A stretch of 45,646 nucleotides of DNA, from positions 1 through 45,646 of the IMG/VR virus record IMGVR_UViG_3300019996_000009, one strand, 5' to 3'. The notes beneath the pieces are model-generated. The model saw only the letters and a program-made list of their open reading frames with translations. It was not told the origin of the DNA and ran no database searches. The translations under genes and the position numbers were made by a program. Source of the stretch: a virus (taxonomy: Duplodnaviria; Caudoviricetes). Below are positions 45,259 to 45,646 of the stretch, in pieces. Positions within the stretch are counted from its first letter, which is position 1, and every line of letters begins with the position of its first letter.

Positions 45259-45606
45259 ATGACCCCCCCACCCCACCCCAATGAACACTGGGCACCTGAC
45301 CCCACCGCATGGCGCACCGTCCCCAGACCACGGGGATGGAAGGCCATCAGGGCTGCAGTTTTAGACCGGGATGGTCATAGGTGTGTATGGCAGGACCACT
45401 CCACAGGGCCACGCTGTGGAGACATGGCCACAGACGTAGACCACATAGGTGATCCAGATGATCACACCGCAGGTAACCTGCGCTCTCTCTGTGGCGCACA
45501 CCATCGCTCAAGAACAGGCCGGCAGGCACGTGCTGTTCAGCTAGCGCAACGAGTGCAGCAACAAACCACAGCAAAGAAGGCTCGTCACCCTGGCTACCTA
45601 GGGTGA
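45259..45606 (+). CDS. Terminal HNH endonuclease (probable packaging-associated)
   Basis: GWKAIRAAVLDRDGHRC...ATDVDHI...DDH...NLRSLCGAHH; at the genome end. Confidence 0.88.
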   Translation: MTPPPHPNEHWAPDPTAWRTVPRPRGWKAIRAAVLDRDGHRCVWQDHSTGPRCGDMATDVDHIGDPDDHTAGNLRSLCGAHHRSRTGRQARAVQLAQRVQQQTTAKKARHPGYLG

Positions 45607-45646
45607 AGGGGTGGGGGGTAGCCCATGACCCCGCCCACAGGCCCCC

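Noticed and set aside
45263-45279. C-tracts suggesting a G-quadruplex near the right end
   Set aside because: Only three adjacent runs, and they coincide with Pro codons at the HNH start
1-45646. CRISPR array, tRNA or rRNA genes, transposase
   Set aside because: No regularly spaced repeat-spacer array, no T-arm/cloverleaf, no rRNA-like stretch and no transposase motif seen by eye

Overview
The window looks like a complete (about 45.6 kb), high-GC, temperate siphophage genome from an actinobacterium, apparently opened at or near its packaging ends. The host is probably not a mycolic-acid producer, since no LysB is evident; the gene content suggests Micromonosporaceae or a similar actinomycete (inference). 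Left arm (+): HNH, terminase, portal, a 1338-aa MuF-type polyvalent protein followed by two small putative immunity genes, scaffold and capsid. A six-gene glycosylation cassette (four glycosyltransferases, two NDP-sugar epimerases/dehydratases) follows, then the head-tail and tail genes, a secreted SGNH hydrolase, the lysis cassette, a membrane-anchored beta-helix protein and an HNH-AP2 endonuclease. Centre: a leftward module with boxA-like and structured non-coding segments, a GntR cassette, and a short tyrosine integrase-repressor-cro switch. Right arm (+): YqaJ/RecT, RusA, a replication initiator, many small ORFs, a putative late regulator and a terminal HNH. The best candidate for a novel system is virion glycosylation with phage-made sugar: the capsid and tail-tube proteins both end in G-Y-S(-Y-S)-COOH. 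Next are the MuF multi-effector protein with duplicated GrpE-like domains and several RNA structures, including an SD-sequestering pseudoknot. All calls come from reading motifs by eye; no database searches were run.
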